The notes: generated from the letters alone by a model not told the origin. A DNA stretch of 64,000 bases from a virus (IMGVR_UViG_3300037247_001786:192001-256000), one strand, 5' to 3'; counted from the first letter of the stretch, positions 26,554 to 35,659 are shown. Numbers and translations: made by a program.

Positions 26554-27357
26554 ATGAAAATTACGTTTTTAGGCGTATCTGGGGCTTTGTCAGCCAAATA
26601 TAATTCTAATATGCTGATAGAGTCAGATGGTCAGTGTATGTTATTTGATTGCGGAGAGGATGTAATGCATTCTCTTAAAGCTGCTGGCAGAAAACCAGAG
26701 GAATTAACAGATGTTTATATCTCCCATCTTCATTATGACCATATGGGGGGTCTAAGTTGGCTAGGGTATTATTCTTATTTTATACTTAAGAAGAGATTGA
26801 TTCTTCATATTCATGAGTCTATGGTCTCTGATTTGTGGGCTATGCTCCGTCCAGCGATGGAGAAACTTGATTGTAAGGACGAGATGATGACTCTTGATAA
26901 TTATTTTGATGTTGTGGCGATTAAGGGAGTAAAGACTGAAGAGTATAACCCTTCTTTCTTTTTCGGAAAATGTTATTTTGACCTTGTCGAACAATTACAT
27001 GTTGAAACAGTTAATGGAAATATGTATTCTTATGGTCTCAACATTATAGACTCTACGAATAAGTCTCAAGTATTTATAAGTTCTGATTCCAAAAAGATGT
27101 CAATTCCTTATAGTCCTTATTCCGGGGTATCTTTTCCGCAAAAATACATTTTTTGCGATTGTGATGTTATGAACCTTAATGGCGTTCATCCCAATTATAA
27201 TGATTTAAAAAAATATAAAGCTGACACAAAAAGCAAAATGTGGTTATATCATTACACAAATCTTGATGATTATGAGGGCAAGTTCGGAGAAATGCCAGAT
27301 GCTGTAGCAGATGGTTTTGCAGGATTTGTTAAAGAGGGACAAATTTTTGAGATATAA
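26554..27357 (+). CDS. Metallo-beta-lactamase-fold hydrolase (RNase Z/phosphodiesterase-like)
   Basis: MKITFLGVSGA, LFDCG, SHLHYDHMGG, ISSDS, WLYHY. Confidence 0.85.
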   Translation: MKITFLGVSGALSAKYNSNMLIESDGQCMLFDCGEDVMHSLKAAGRKPEELTDVYISHLHYDHMGGLSWLGYYSYFILKKRLILHIHESMVSDLWAMLRPAMEKLDCKDEMMTLDNYFDVVAIKGVKTEEYNPSFFFGKCYFDLVEQLHVETVNGNMYSYGLNIIDSTNKSQVFISSDSKKMSIPYSPYSGVSFPQKYIFCDCDVMNLNGVHPNYNDLKKYKADTKSKMWLYHYTNLDDYEGKFGEMPDAVADGFAGFVKEGQIFEI

Positions 27358-27359
27358 CT

Positions 27360-27779
27360 ATGAATTACTATAACGGATATCTAAATTATACAGAATGGAA
27401 AAGAAAAGATCCAGATAGTTATTGGGCTTTTATTGAAGGTAGAGAAAAGAAACTAAAATTTGAGATTGATGAGAAGTTTGCGGAAAGAATATCTAGAATT
27501 AAAGTTCCCGAAGAAGTAGATCCTTTTTACGGTATGGTAGGTAGGGCGGTTACAAATAAGAATACCTTATGGGATGATATGTGCGAGAAAATAGTAACAA
27601 GCTCGAAACCTCATTTTTTATTAGGAGTTTTTAATAGATTTATAGATGGAAATCTAACTGAGAAAGATTCAAAGAAGATAAATAGGATTAATAAAGGATT
27701 GCATCCTGATATCCTTATTGTTAGATTTTTGAAGTGGCTTAAAAAGAAGATTTGTTTTTGGAGTAAAAATGACGGATAA
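27360..27779 (+). CDS. Hypothetical protein
   Basis: 139 aa. Confidence 0.6.
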   Translation: MNYYNGYLNYTEWKRKDPDSYWAFIEGREKKLKFEIDEKFAERISRIKVPEEVDPFYGMVGRAVTNKNTLWDDMCEKIVTSSKPHFLLGVFNRFIDGNLTEKDSKKINRINKGLHPDILIVRFLKWLKKKICFWSKNDG

Positions 27780-28257
27780 AAAAACAGAAAGAGAAACAGA
27801 TAGTCATATATTTTTTTGGAAAAGTTATTTATCCCAATGGTATATGAGAGATTTTAAAAGAGAGGACATAGTTTATTGTTGTTGTGAGCAGTATATGATG
27901 GCAGAGAAAGCGAGACTATTTGGAGATGATGACGCTCTTGGGAGAATTATGTCTTCCAATAGCCCATCTACTCACAAAATGGTTGGCAGGCAAGTCAAGA
28001 ATTACGATGACGGTCAATGGCAAGCTATTTCTAGATACGTTGTCTTCCTCGGCAATATGGCAAAATTCGCTCAGCATGAAGATTTAAAAGAAAAGCTCTT
28101 GTTAACTAAAGGTAAAATTTTAGTCGAGGCTAGTCCTTATGATAAATTATGGGGAGTAGGTCTTGAAGCTTGGGATGATAGGATTTTAGATGAAAAGACT
28201 TGGCAAGGTGAAAACTGGTTAGGCCAGGAAATAATGAATGTTAGGGGGGTGTTATGA
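27769..28257 (+). CDS. NADAR-family protein (YbiA/RibX-like)
   Basis: LSQWY, EQYMMAEKARLFGD, GRQVKNYD, KFAQH, LVEASPYDKLWGVG, NWLGQEIM. Confidence 0.92.
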   Translation: MTDKKTERETDSHIFFWKSYLSQWYMRDFKREDIVYCCCEQYMMAEKARLFGDDDALGRIMSSNSPSTHKMVGRQVKNYDDGQWQAISRYVVFLGNMAKFAQHEDLKEKLLLTKGKILVEASPYDKLWGVGLEAWDDRILDEKTWQGENWLGQEIMNVRGVL

Positions 28258-28919
28258 GTCTTAAAGGTTATGATTATTTTACGCCAGATCCAGGAACTAT
28301 TGATGAAATAAATTGCACGGTTTGTGGTGAAATTTGTTATGTAGAAAGAGGCGTTAATGGTTATCGAAGTTCTGCTGGTGCTATGGCGAAGATTAAAGTT
28401 CTACACGACTGCTTCTGCTGCCCTCATTCAGATAAGGATTGGCATGAAAAGGCTTTGAATCTTTTACAAGATATCAAAAAGTGTAATAGTCCATCTCTCG
28501 AAAAAATAATGAGAGAAGATTTAAAGTTGCTAATAAGGGAAAAAGACAAGAAAAAGATTTATGTATTTGAAGATTCTTCAGAAAGAATGAAATGGTTTTT
28601 AAGAATCTTCAAAGATTGCGAGATAACCCACACTGAAGATGCCGGCACTGCCTGTCAAGATATTGAACATAATGAGTATGATATTATATTTTTAGATCGA
28701 GATATGGGGCATTACAAATTTAGTGGTGAAGATATCGCTAAATATATGGCAGAAAAAAAGTTGGCGAAAGATGCTACAATTGTTATTCATTCAGTTAATC
28801 CTCTTGGGCAGCGAAAGATAAAAGAATATTTGGACGAATATCATGATAATGTTTATCAGATACCTTTTACAGAATTAAATAAAATGGAAAGAGAAGATTT
28901 TACATGGAATGATAAATAA
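28254..28919 (+). CDS. Cys/His module fused to a cyclic-phosphate-processing receiver-like domain
   Basis: C-terminal half IYVFEDS..R...IIFLDRDMG...GEDIA...IVIHSVNP; N-terminal half paralogous to 29387..29710. Confidence 0.65.
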   Translation: MSLKGYDYFTPDPGTIDEINCTVCGEICYVERGVNGYRSSAGAMAKIKVLHDCFCCPHSDKDWHEKALNLLQDIKKCNSPSLEKIMREDLKLLIREKDKKKIYVFEDSSERMKWFLRIFKDCEITHTEDAGTACQDIEHNEYDIIFLDRDMGHYKFSGEDIAKYMAEKKLAKDATIVIHSVNPLGQRKIKEYLDEYHDNVYQIPFTELNKMEREDFTWNDK

Positions 28920-29140
28920 TGTATAATAAAGAATTAAAACAATTTTTAATAGATGGATTACCGAAAGAGCAGGTAACTGGCAAAGGTACTGGTAAGGTAA
29001 CTAGAATTCATGGAGATCTTGTAAATAATAAAATTATTGAAGAAAGTCTCAACGAAATTAGAGCATCCATGATGGTTCAAGATGAAGATAAACTTGATGC
29101 TTGCCAGCAATTAGTCCTCATATTATTAAACTACACATAG
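28919..29140 (+). CDS. Hypothetical protein
   Basis: 73 aa. Confidence 0.55.
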   Translation: MYNKELKQFLIDGLPKEQVTGKGTGKVTRIHGDLVNNKIIEESLNEIRASMMVQDEDKLDACQQLVLILLNYT

Positions 29141-29153
29141 GAAAATATTTCAT

Positions 29154-29378
29154 ATGCAATTAGAGAAAGAAGAAGTGCAGTTTTTGTTAAATTTAGGATT
29201 AGAACCTATTGATATTGTAGGAGGTCCACACGACGATGAATTATATTGGTCTCCTCCAAAAGCAACCAGTAGTGACGAGCCTCATACTGCTGAATTCGAA
29301 AAAGAAGGTGTCGTGTCCTTGTATCGATATGATAAGATTATGAAAGTTATGTTATATGCTAGAGAGATTTTAAATTAG
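29154..29378 (+). CDS. Hypothetical protein
   Basis: 74 aa. Confidence 0.55.
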   Translation: MQLEKEEVQFLLNLGLEPIDIVGGPHDDELYWSPPKATSSDEPHTAEFEKEGVVSLYRYDKIMKVMLYAREILN

Positions 29379-29386
29379 GAGATGAT

Positions 29387-29710
29387 ATGAGACATAAAGG
29401 TTATAATAGTTTTAGTTACCCTCCAGACCTTGTTGAAGAGAAGGGGTGTGAGGTTTGCGGCTGCATTTGTGATGTTAATCGAGGAGTAGTTGGACCTACG
29501 AGTTTCGCTGGAGCGATGGCCAAATGCAAAACTCCTCATGATAGTTTTACTTGCCCTTACAGTGATGAGGAGTGGCATATCTCGGCACTGAGTATGTCTT
29601 TGGAGAGAGACGAATTTCATAGTCCATCATTAAAAAAACTTATACAGAGCGATATCGACGATATTGTATTTAATAATGTTAATCCTTTTATAGAGGCTGA
29701 GCGTTCTTGA
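29387..29710 (+). CDS. Stand-alone Cys/His module (CxxC...HD.F.CP)
   Basis: CEVCGCICDVNRGVVGPTSFAGAMAKCKTPHDSFTCPYSDEEWH. Confidence 0.65.
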   Translation: MRHKGYNSFSYPPDLVEEKGCEVCGCICDVNRGVVGPTSFAGAMAKCKTPHDSFTCPYSDEEWHISALSMSLERDEFHSPSLKKLIQSDIDDIVFNNVNPFIEAERS

Positions 29711-30444
29711 ATACATATGTTGAGTTAATTAACAAGCATAAGGGAGAGGATTGTTTTATTTTGGCGGCTGGACCAACTCTTTATGATGTTTTTTATAAAG
29801 AGTACAAAGACTATATTGATCTATTTCGAGACAAAGTTGTTATCTCTGTAAATGCTTCGATTATAGCTTGCGTTGAGCATCTTGATTGGATGGGAGACGG
29901 AGATAATAGATATTGGATATCAGATGACTCATTGACTACGAGGTGGTCGTGGTGGAAGTTAGTTGAGCAGAGTAAGTGTACTAAAATAGTAAGAAATAGT
30001 TGGTTGAAACAGAAACATTATGGGGATATCGATGGTTTCCTTCATTTCTCCGCCAGACCGACACCAGAGGACGTAATTAACAAAGATGATGTTGGTCTGT
30101 CATATTGTTCTTCTGCTCCCTCAGCGATAGACCTGGCGATTCAGATGGGTTGTAAGAATATCTATTTACTAGGTCTTGATCATGCGAAGAGAGACGGCAA
30201 AGTGTATTTTTGGGAATATTTCTCAAAAGTTAGGCATCCCAAACAATTCAAACCAGGTAAACCTCCTTGGCATGTTCAGAAGGACATGTACAAAGTCAAT
30301 GCTATGGCATATGAGGCACTAGATAAATTCGCGGAAGAAAAAGGTTCTCAAATTTATAATTGTAGCAAAATAGCACATCAGGAGAAGACCACATATTCAT
30401 TCAAATACAAGGATTTTGCCGATATTATAGCAAGTGAGCAATAA
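29707..30444 (+). CDS. DUF115/MptE-like (Maf/Cst-type) putative nonulosonate transferase
   Basis: CFILAAGPTL, VISVN, IYLLGLDH, IYNCS. Confidence 0.65.
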   Translation: MNTYVELINKHKGEDCFILAAGPTLYDVFYKEYKDYIDLFRDKVVISVNASIIACVEHLDWMGDGDNRYWISDDSLTTRWSWWKLVEQSKCTKIVRNSWLKQKHYGDIDGFLHFSARPTPEDVINKDDVGLSYCSSAPSAIDLAIQMGCKNIYLLGLDHAKRDGKVYFWEYFSKVRHPKQFKPGKPPWHVQKDMYKVNAMAYEALDKFAEEKGSQIYNCSKIAHQEKTTYSFKYKDFADIIASEQ

Positions 30445-30456
30445 AGGAGAGTTCTT

Positions 30457-31125
30457 ATGTCGAAAAAATATAAACCTCTAGAAAAGTGGAACGGGATACT
30501 TGAGAAAAAAGAGCCTATTTTTATTTTAGGTAATGGACCTAGCTTAACAGATAATGATTTATCTTTACTTGATACTTATTTAACAATTGGCATAAATAGA
30601 GTTTTTCAAGCTTATGATCCAACTATTCTTTTTTGGCAAGATAGAAGTGTCTGGGCTACAAGCTCAAAAGATATGCAGAAAACCAAGTCTATAAAGGTAA
30701 CTAGGAAGGGAATGGTTGGTCCTAATCTATTTCCTAATTATTTATTTTTTGTTTTAAAAGGCAAACGTAATTCTCCTTATCCTGGACAGTGTGATACCGC
30801 TAAATTAATAGGGCAAGATATAACACATGGAGTTACCACTCAATTTGCAGAAGCTTTATGCCCATCTCATATTGTCTTTTTAGGAATAGATTGTCAGTTT
30901 AGAGATGGTAAAACTGATTTTTATGGTAATAATAAATTTCATAGAAAGGATATGTTAGATAGATGTGCCCAGATTTCTATGAAAATAAAACGGGGATGTC
31001 AGGTTCCTATTTTTAACTGTGGTTTGAGCGATTGCTGGAGAACAAGAAAATTAGAAGAAGTTATTGCAGAAATAAATCCTCCAAAACATGACAGAGAATA
31101 TTATGAAAAACTTTTTGGAAGATAA
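30457..31125 (+). CDS. DUF115/MptE-like (Maf/Cst-type) putative nonulosonate transferase
   Basis: IFILGNGPSL, TIGINR, IVFLGIDC, IFNCG. Confidence 0.7.
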   Translation: MSKKYKPLEKWNGILEKKEPIFILGNGPSLTDNDLSLLDTYLTIGINRVFQAYDPTILFWQDRSVWATSSKDMQKTKSIKVTRKGMVGPNLFPNYLFFVLKGKRNSPYPGQCDTAKLIGQDITHGVTTQFAEALCPSHIVFLGIDCQFRDGKTDFYGNNKFHRKDMLDRCAQISMKIKRGCQVPIFNCGLSDCWRTRKLEEVIAEINPPKHDREYYEKLFGR

Positions 31126-31127
31126 TA

Positions 31128-31955
31128 ATGGGCAGAGTCAGTTCTAGATACAATTATAGAATATCAAAAAGTAAAAAAGATCCTCAGAAGAAATCTAATA
31201 GGAAAGTATTGTCACCAGATCAAATCATAATACGAAATAAGAAGACAAAACCTAAAAAGGTAAAGAAGATTTTAGAAATTAAGACTGTTGTTGATCCCAA
31301 AAGACATAGAAATAATATTATAAAGAAAGCGGTAAATTCTAAAAATCTACAAGGAGGAGCATCTCTTAATGATATAAAAGATTATTGTTATGATAAGAAA
31401 GTGATACTGGTAGGAAACGCCAGTGATATAATTAAAAATCCTTATGGTTCTCAGATAGATTCATACGATATTGTTATCCGCATGAATCATGGGCATCCTA
31501 TTTTAAAGTTTGCTTCTCAAATGGGGTCGAAATACAATATATGGGCACACGGTTTTTTAAGTTATAAAAAACAGATATCTGAATATGGGCGTATAAAAGA
31601 AAAAATTGACTTTCATATAGAGACTAATGAGAAGAAACTATGCAAGAAGATTTTTGATAAAAAAGCTTTTCTAATTCCTAATAAATGGTATAAAAAAGAA
31701 TACGAAACAAGACATGCAGGAAAAGAAATGTCAACAGGTCTTAATGCGGCAAGTTTTTTCGTCAACTGGGTTGGAACGATGAGAGAGATATCTATTGTTG
31801 GTTTCGACTTTTTAAAAACATCTAATCCTACATTACAGTCTGCACCAGCAAGAAAGTTTCATGATACAAATATTGAAAGGGCGACAATGATATCATTATT
31901 GATAGAAAGTGAAAAATATTTGCCATTTAATGAAAAATATAATTTTGCAAAGTGA
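31128..31955 (+). CDS. GT29-like sialyltransferase with a Lys-rich N-terminus
   Basis: VILVGNA...GSQIDSYDIVIRMNH...GSK (sialylmotif-L-like); STG...ISIVGFDF (motif-S-like). Confidence 0.7.
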   Translation: MGRVSSRYNYRISKSKKDPQKKSNRKVLSPDQIIIRNKKTKPKKVKKILEIKTVVDPKRHRNNIIKKAVNSKNLQGGASLNDIKDYCYDKKVILVGNASDIIKNPYGSQIDSYDIVIRMNHGHPILKFASQMGSKYNIWAHGFLSYKKQISEYGRIKEKIDFHIETNEKKLCKKIFDKKAFLIPNKWYKKEYETRHAGKEMSTGLNAASFFVNWVGTMREISIVGFDFLKTSNPTLQSAPARKFHDTNIERATMISLLIESEKYLPFNEKYNFAK

Positions 31956-31973
31956 TTATAGATAAAGTAAGAT
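31951..31973 (+). promoter_or_regulatory. Putative promoter, AGTGA-N12-TAAGAT
   Basis: agtga ttatagataaag taagat upstream of the ORF at 32004. Confidence 0.55.
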
Positions 31974-32003
31974 TAAGTAAACGTAAAATATCGAGGAAAC
32001 AAA

Positions 32004-32339
32004 ATGGATATATTAAAAGCGAATAATGGAAACGAAACCCAGTATATAGTTAATCGCCATGTTTATGTAAAAGTTTGGGATTATAACAAGAAATTTCTTT
32101 TATCACATTTAAAACTTTCGATGACTGAAACTATTTGGGTGTGGATAGGGCTGAATGAAGGGACAATAACAGAGATAGGGGAATTGAGTCATGCTACTTT
32201 TGAGGATGCTATAAATAAAGCTGTTAATAATCCTTATGCAACCGTTTATGGGTTTGATTCGTATGAGGAGATGGCAATACATTGGGAAGATATCAAATAT
32301 ATTGATACAATAACGACTACTTATAAGGCGAAAAAGTAA
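32004..32339 (+). CDS. Hypothetical protein
   Basis: 111 aa; GAGG RBS. Confidence 0.6.
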   Translation: MDILKANNGNETQYIVNRHVYVKVWDYNKKFLLSHLKLSMTETIWVWIGLNEGTITEIGELSHATFEDAINKAVNNPYATVYGFDSYEEMAIHWEDIKYIDTITTTYKAKK

Positions 32340-32405
32340 TGAACAGTTTATTAATTTTGATATATTTATTTATGGGTTATAACTGGGTTCAAAGATATCT
32401 CTTAA

Positions 32406-32450
32406 TGAGTGGGGGGGGCTGGACGGGTTTCGCACTCAATTTTTTGTTTT
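32406..32450 (+). terminator. Possible intrinsic terminator with a G8 tract
   Basis: tgagtg...cactca stem with G-rich interior followed by attttttgtttt. Confidence 0.4.
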
Positions 32451-32522
32451 GGCCAATATATTTATTAAGATCAATATTTTTCACTTGAAAGTGAAATCAA
32501 ATAATGTTAAAAAGGAATTATT

Positions 32523-32924
32523 ATGAGTCAACAAGCAGTTTATGAAGTAGATGATTTTAAAAATGAAGATGTGCTATTAGAAGCTCTTAAAGAAATGGGG
32601 TACAAAACTACTGTTCATAAAGAAGCTATAACTTTGAGAACTTATGGTAATCAAGGAAATACTAAAGCCCATATTGTAATATCAAAAGAGCAAGGAGGTT
32701 TTAGATATGCTGACTTGGGTTTTGAAAGACTCTCTAATGGAGGGTTTAAGCTTCATGCAGATCATATAGATATTAATAAGCTAGGATTAGTTAAGCTCAA
32801 ACAGACATATACTAAATGTTTCATAGCTAAAAGAATTAAAATGCTAGGAACTCAATATGTAATGGGTAAGGGCGAGATAGACCAAAATGGAACTATGAAA
32901 TTAAAAGTTAGAGTGATGGAGTAA
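32523..32924 (+). CDS. DUF1257-like protein
   Basis: FKNEDVLLEALKEMGY...AHIVI...DLGFER...FKLHAD. Confidence 0.65.
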   Translation: MSQQAVYEVDDFKNEDVLLEALKEMGYKTTVHKEAITLRTYGNQGNTKAHIVISKEQGGFRYADLGFERLSNGGFKLHADHIDINKLGLVKLKQTYTKCFIAKRIKMLGTQYVMGKGEIDQNGTMKLKVRVME

Positions 32925-32926
32925 TT

Positions 32927-33613
32927 ATGACAAAGTTAAAAGGTAAAAAGAAAGCTAAAGCAAGACGAAAAAAAATTCAAAACAAACAGATGTCTAAAAC
33001 TGCTTACAGGACAAAGATGTTATCGATGCTTTTGAAATACGATAATGAAATATTGTCTCAAGAATGCAAGACGGTTCCTAAACACAATTCTGACGTATTA
33101 GAAACTATCGCTAAAATGAAAAAAGTTTTAGGTTTTACTGATAATGGAGTTGGACTTGCTGCCTCTCAAATAGGGATTCTTGAGAGAGTTATTGTTATTA
33201 GACCGGATTCTAGAAAATATGAAATAAAGGCTATGATCAATCCTGAGATTATAGAGCATAGCGAACATAAGAAATATGGTATAGAGGGATGCTTGTCATA
33301 TCCTAAGATATATTCTCCTATTGAGAGATATACTTCTATTACGGTAAAATATTTTGATGAGAATTGGAAAGAGCATATTGTAGAGTATAAAGAGGGAGAG
33401 ATAGAGGGAATAATCTTCCAACATGAACTCGAACATCTTTCGGAAGGAGATTGTCAAATTCACGATTGGTGGAAAGATCCAGAAGGGATGAAAGCAAAGC
33501 TCCAGGAAGTTTTTGAGGCTAAAAAAGAAGAAAGCACAGGAGGTTATGACGTAGAAGAGTCAGAAGACCTTCAGAAGGAAAACGAAGAAGAGCCTACTCA
33601 AGAAGATGAGTAA
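32927..33613 (+). CDS. def: Peptide deformylase
   Basis: GVGLAASQIG, EGCLS, QHELEH. Confidence 0.92.
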   Translation: MTKLKGKKKAKARRKKIQNKQMSKTAYRTKMLSMLLKYDNEILSQECKTVPKHNSDVLETIAKMKKVLGFTDNGVGLAASQIGILERVIVIRPDSRKYEIKAMINPEIIEHSEHKKYGIEGCLSYPKIYSPIERYTSITVKYFDENWKEHIVEYKEGEIEGIIFQHELEHLSEGDCQIHDWWKDPEGMKAKLQEVFEAKKEESTGGYDVEESEDLQKENEEEPTQEDE

Positions 33614-34454
33614 TGTTAAATTATATGAGAAGAAAGACGGTTATGTAGAGTGTAGCCTATGCCCTCATAGATGCCAACTTCGAAGTGGAGAAGCCGGTAA
33701 GTGTTCGGTTCGTAAATGCGATGGGGACTCTATATATTTATCCAATTATGGAGAGTTGGTTTCTGTCGCTATTAATCCGATTGAGAAGAAACCATTTTAT
33801 CACTTCTTGCCAGGTACAAAAACGCTGTCGATTGGATCTTTAGGTTGCCCTCTTAATTGTCTTTATTGTGAAAATCATAAAATAAGTCAAACAGATACCC
33901 ATCATGATAGTCAGGTCTTTTCTGCTGACAAGATAGCGTGTATCGCTATAGAAAAACATTGCAAAAGTGTGTGCATGACGTTCAATGAACCTACTATCTC
34001 TTTTGAATATCTTATGGATGTAGCGGAGGCTTGTCATAAGAGCAATTTAAAGTTTATACTTAAAACAAATGCTTATGTAAATAAAGAGCCATGGGAAGAA
34101 ATCTGCAAAGTAACAGATGCTATTAATATAGACCTCAAAGCTGGGACTAGTGATAGTTTTAAATTTATTACTAATTATCGTTTTCTTAATCAGGTAGTGT
34201 ATAGGATTCATGAGGCTTATGCCTCAGATGCTCATATGGAGATTAGTATTCCTTTATATTATTCCGATGAGGTTTTAGGAGAACAGGTGAAAGAAATTGG
34301 GAAATTTTTATCTTCTATAGATAAAGACATACCATGCCATTTGTTGAAGGTCTTGCCAGCATACAATTACGATGATTTCGTTTTCAATCCTAAAAATATG
34401 GATAAAGCTCAAGAAATATTATCTAATTATATGAATAATATTTTTGTAGAGTAA
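33606..34454 (+). CDS. Radical SAM enzyme, AmmeMemoRadiSam/PflA-like
   Basis: CSLCPHRC...GKCSVR, NPIEKKPFYHF, GCPLNCLYCENHKISQ, TFNEP. Confidence 0.85.
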   Translation: MSNVKLYEKKDGYVECSLCPHRCQLRSGEAGKCSVRKCDGDSIYLSNYGELVSVAINPIEKKPFYHFLPGTKTLSIGSLGCPLNCLYCENHKISQTDTHHDSQVFSADKIACIAIEKHCKSVCMTFNEPTISFEYLMDVAEACHKSNLKFILKTNAYVNKEPWEEICKVTDAINIDLKAGTSDSFKFITNYRFLNQVVYRIHEAYASDAHMEISIPLYYSDEVLGEQVKEIGKFLSSIDKDIPCHLLKVLPAYNYDDFVFNPKNMDKAQEILSNYMNNIFVE

Positions 34455-35078
34455 CTATACTTTATCTTTTAGATATCTTGATGCTTGGAAGTGTTCTACT
34501 ATGGGGTCTTTACAGTAGTCCATTATATCAAATATCTTACAATATTCTGGTCCTAATTTTTGAATTTTCAATCCTGGTATGTTACTTTTATTGATTGTAT
34601 TTTGTAGATTTCTTTGATCACATATTCTGGCGACATATACCCCTTTTGCTCGGATAATATTCTTTCTATTTAGTTTGTGCCATATCTTAAAAAGATTTTT
34701 AATTTTATCATTATTCCTATAAAATATTGTTCCACTAAGCATAGTCGGATTTTTTTTATGCCATTTTCCGTTTCTACCTCTTATCTTATAATGAATAGAC
34801 ATATCTCCATCTATTTCTTTTAGAGGTATCTCTCTTTGTATTATACCGTCTGCATCTACATACATAAATAGTTCTGTATCTGGGTTTTTTTCCATAGAAT
34901 TAAGTAATAGTCTAGATTTGTATTTAGTATTTGCATCCCATGACCCTTGATTTTCTATCCCTTCAATGTAGGAGTCGTAACCAAATTTATCGATAGATTT
35001 TTTAAGTTTTTTTATTTCGTTTTCGTATCCTGTATCGATAGTGAAGAACGAGACAACTTTAAATTTATTTTTTTCCAT
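34455..35078 (-). CDS. Nucleotide-diphospho-sugar transferase-like glycosyltransferase
   Basis: YVDADG DxD motif, SGTIFY, DQ, HFQASR; paralog of the adjacent minus-strand gene. Confidence 0.75.
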   Translation of the reverse strand: MEKNKFKVVSFFTIDTGYENEIKKLKKSIDKFGYDSYIEGIENQGSWDANTKYKSRLLLNSMEKNPDTELFMYVDADGIIQREIPLKEIDGDMSIHYKIRGRNGKWHKKNPTMLSGTIFYRNNDKIKNLFKIWHKLNRKNIIRAKGVYVARICDQRNLQNTINKSNIPGLKIQKLGPEYCKIFDIMDYCKDPIVEHFQASRYLKDKV

Positions 35079-35655
35079 TTACTTGTCCTTTTAGTCTTCT
35101 TGACGCTTGATTGTGAGAAATTATAGGGTCTTTAATTCTTTTATGAGTTCCGCATTTTGATCCATTAATTTTGCAGTATTTGAGTGAGATCCTTTGTATC
35201 TTTATATTTTTATAGTTATTTTTAAGAACTGAATATAGGGTGTCTTGGTCATAAGTTTTTGGATTTTTTTGATTTATTTCTATCCACTCTTTCATAATAT
35301 TTTTCATCTTATCATTATTTTTAATAAATACTGTCCCGCTAAGTAGCCAACCTTTCTGTTTTCTTTGAGTTATAGTTTTGTGGCAGACAGCTATATCTCC
35401 TGATATATTATCTGTTGGTATTTTCTTATTTACGATAGCATCGGCGTCCAGGAATAGAAAATAATCTTCATCTGGATATTTTTTCATAGCATTTAGTATT
35501 AGATGAGGTTTGTATTTTGTATTTAAATCCCACGATCCCATATTATCTATTCCTTCTACATAGATATTGTGGTCAAATTTTTTGGCAGAAATTTTAAGTT
35601 TATCTATTTCTTTTTCATACCCAGTGTTAATAGTATAGAACGAAGTTATTATCAT
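35065..35655 (-). CDS. Nucleotide-diphospho-sugar transferase-like glycosyltransferase (likely start MIITSF at 35655)
   Basis: FLDADA, SGTVFI, DQ, HNQASR; homology to its paralog begins at this Met. Confidence 0.75.
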   Translation of the reverse strand: MIITSFYTINTGYEKEIDKLKISAKKFDHNIYVEGIDNMGSWDLNTKYKPHLILNAMKKYPDEDYFLFLDADAIVNKKIPTDNISGDIAVCHKTITQRKQKGWLLSGTVFIKNNDKMKNIMKEWIEINQKNPKTYDQDTLYSVLKNNYKNIKIQRISLKYCKINGSKCGTHKRIKDPIISHNQASRRLKGQVNGKK

Positions 35656-35659
35656 ACAC

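Noticed and set aside
32411-32435. GGGGCTGGACGGGTTTCG resembles the 5' end of tmRNA (GGGG...GG.TTCGAC)
   Set aside because: TTCG is followed by CAC rather than AC. No T-arm or acceptor 3' end (GGTTCGA.TCC...CCA) is visible 300-400 nt downstream, which is coding sequence, or upstream for a permuted form. An ARAGORN/Infernal run would settle it.
32490-32512. AGTGA at 32490 as a member of the N12 promoter class
   Set aside because: The hexamer at N12 is TTAAAA, not TAnnnT, so it was not counted.
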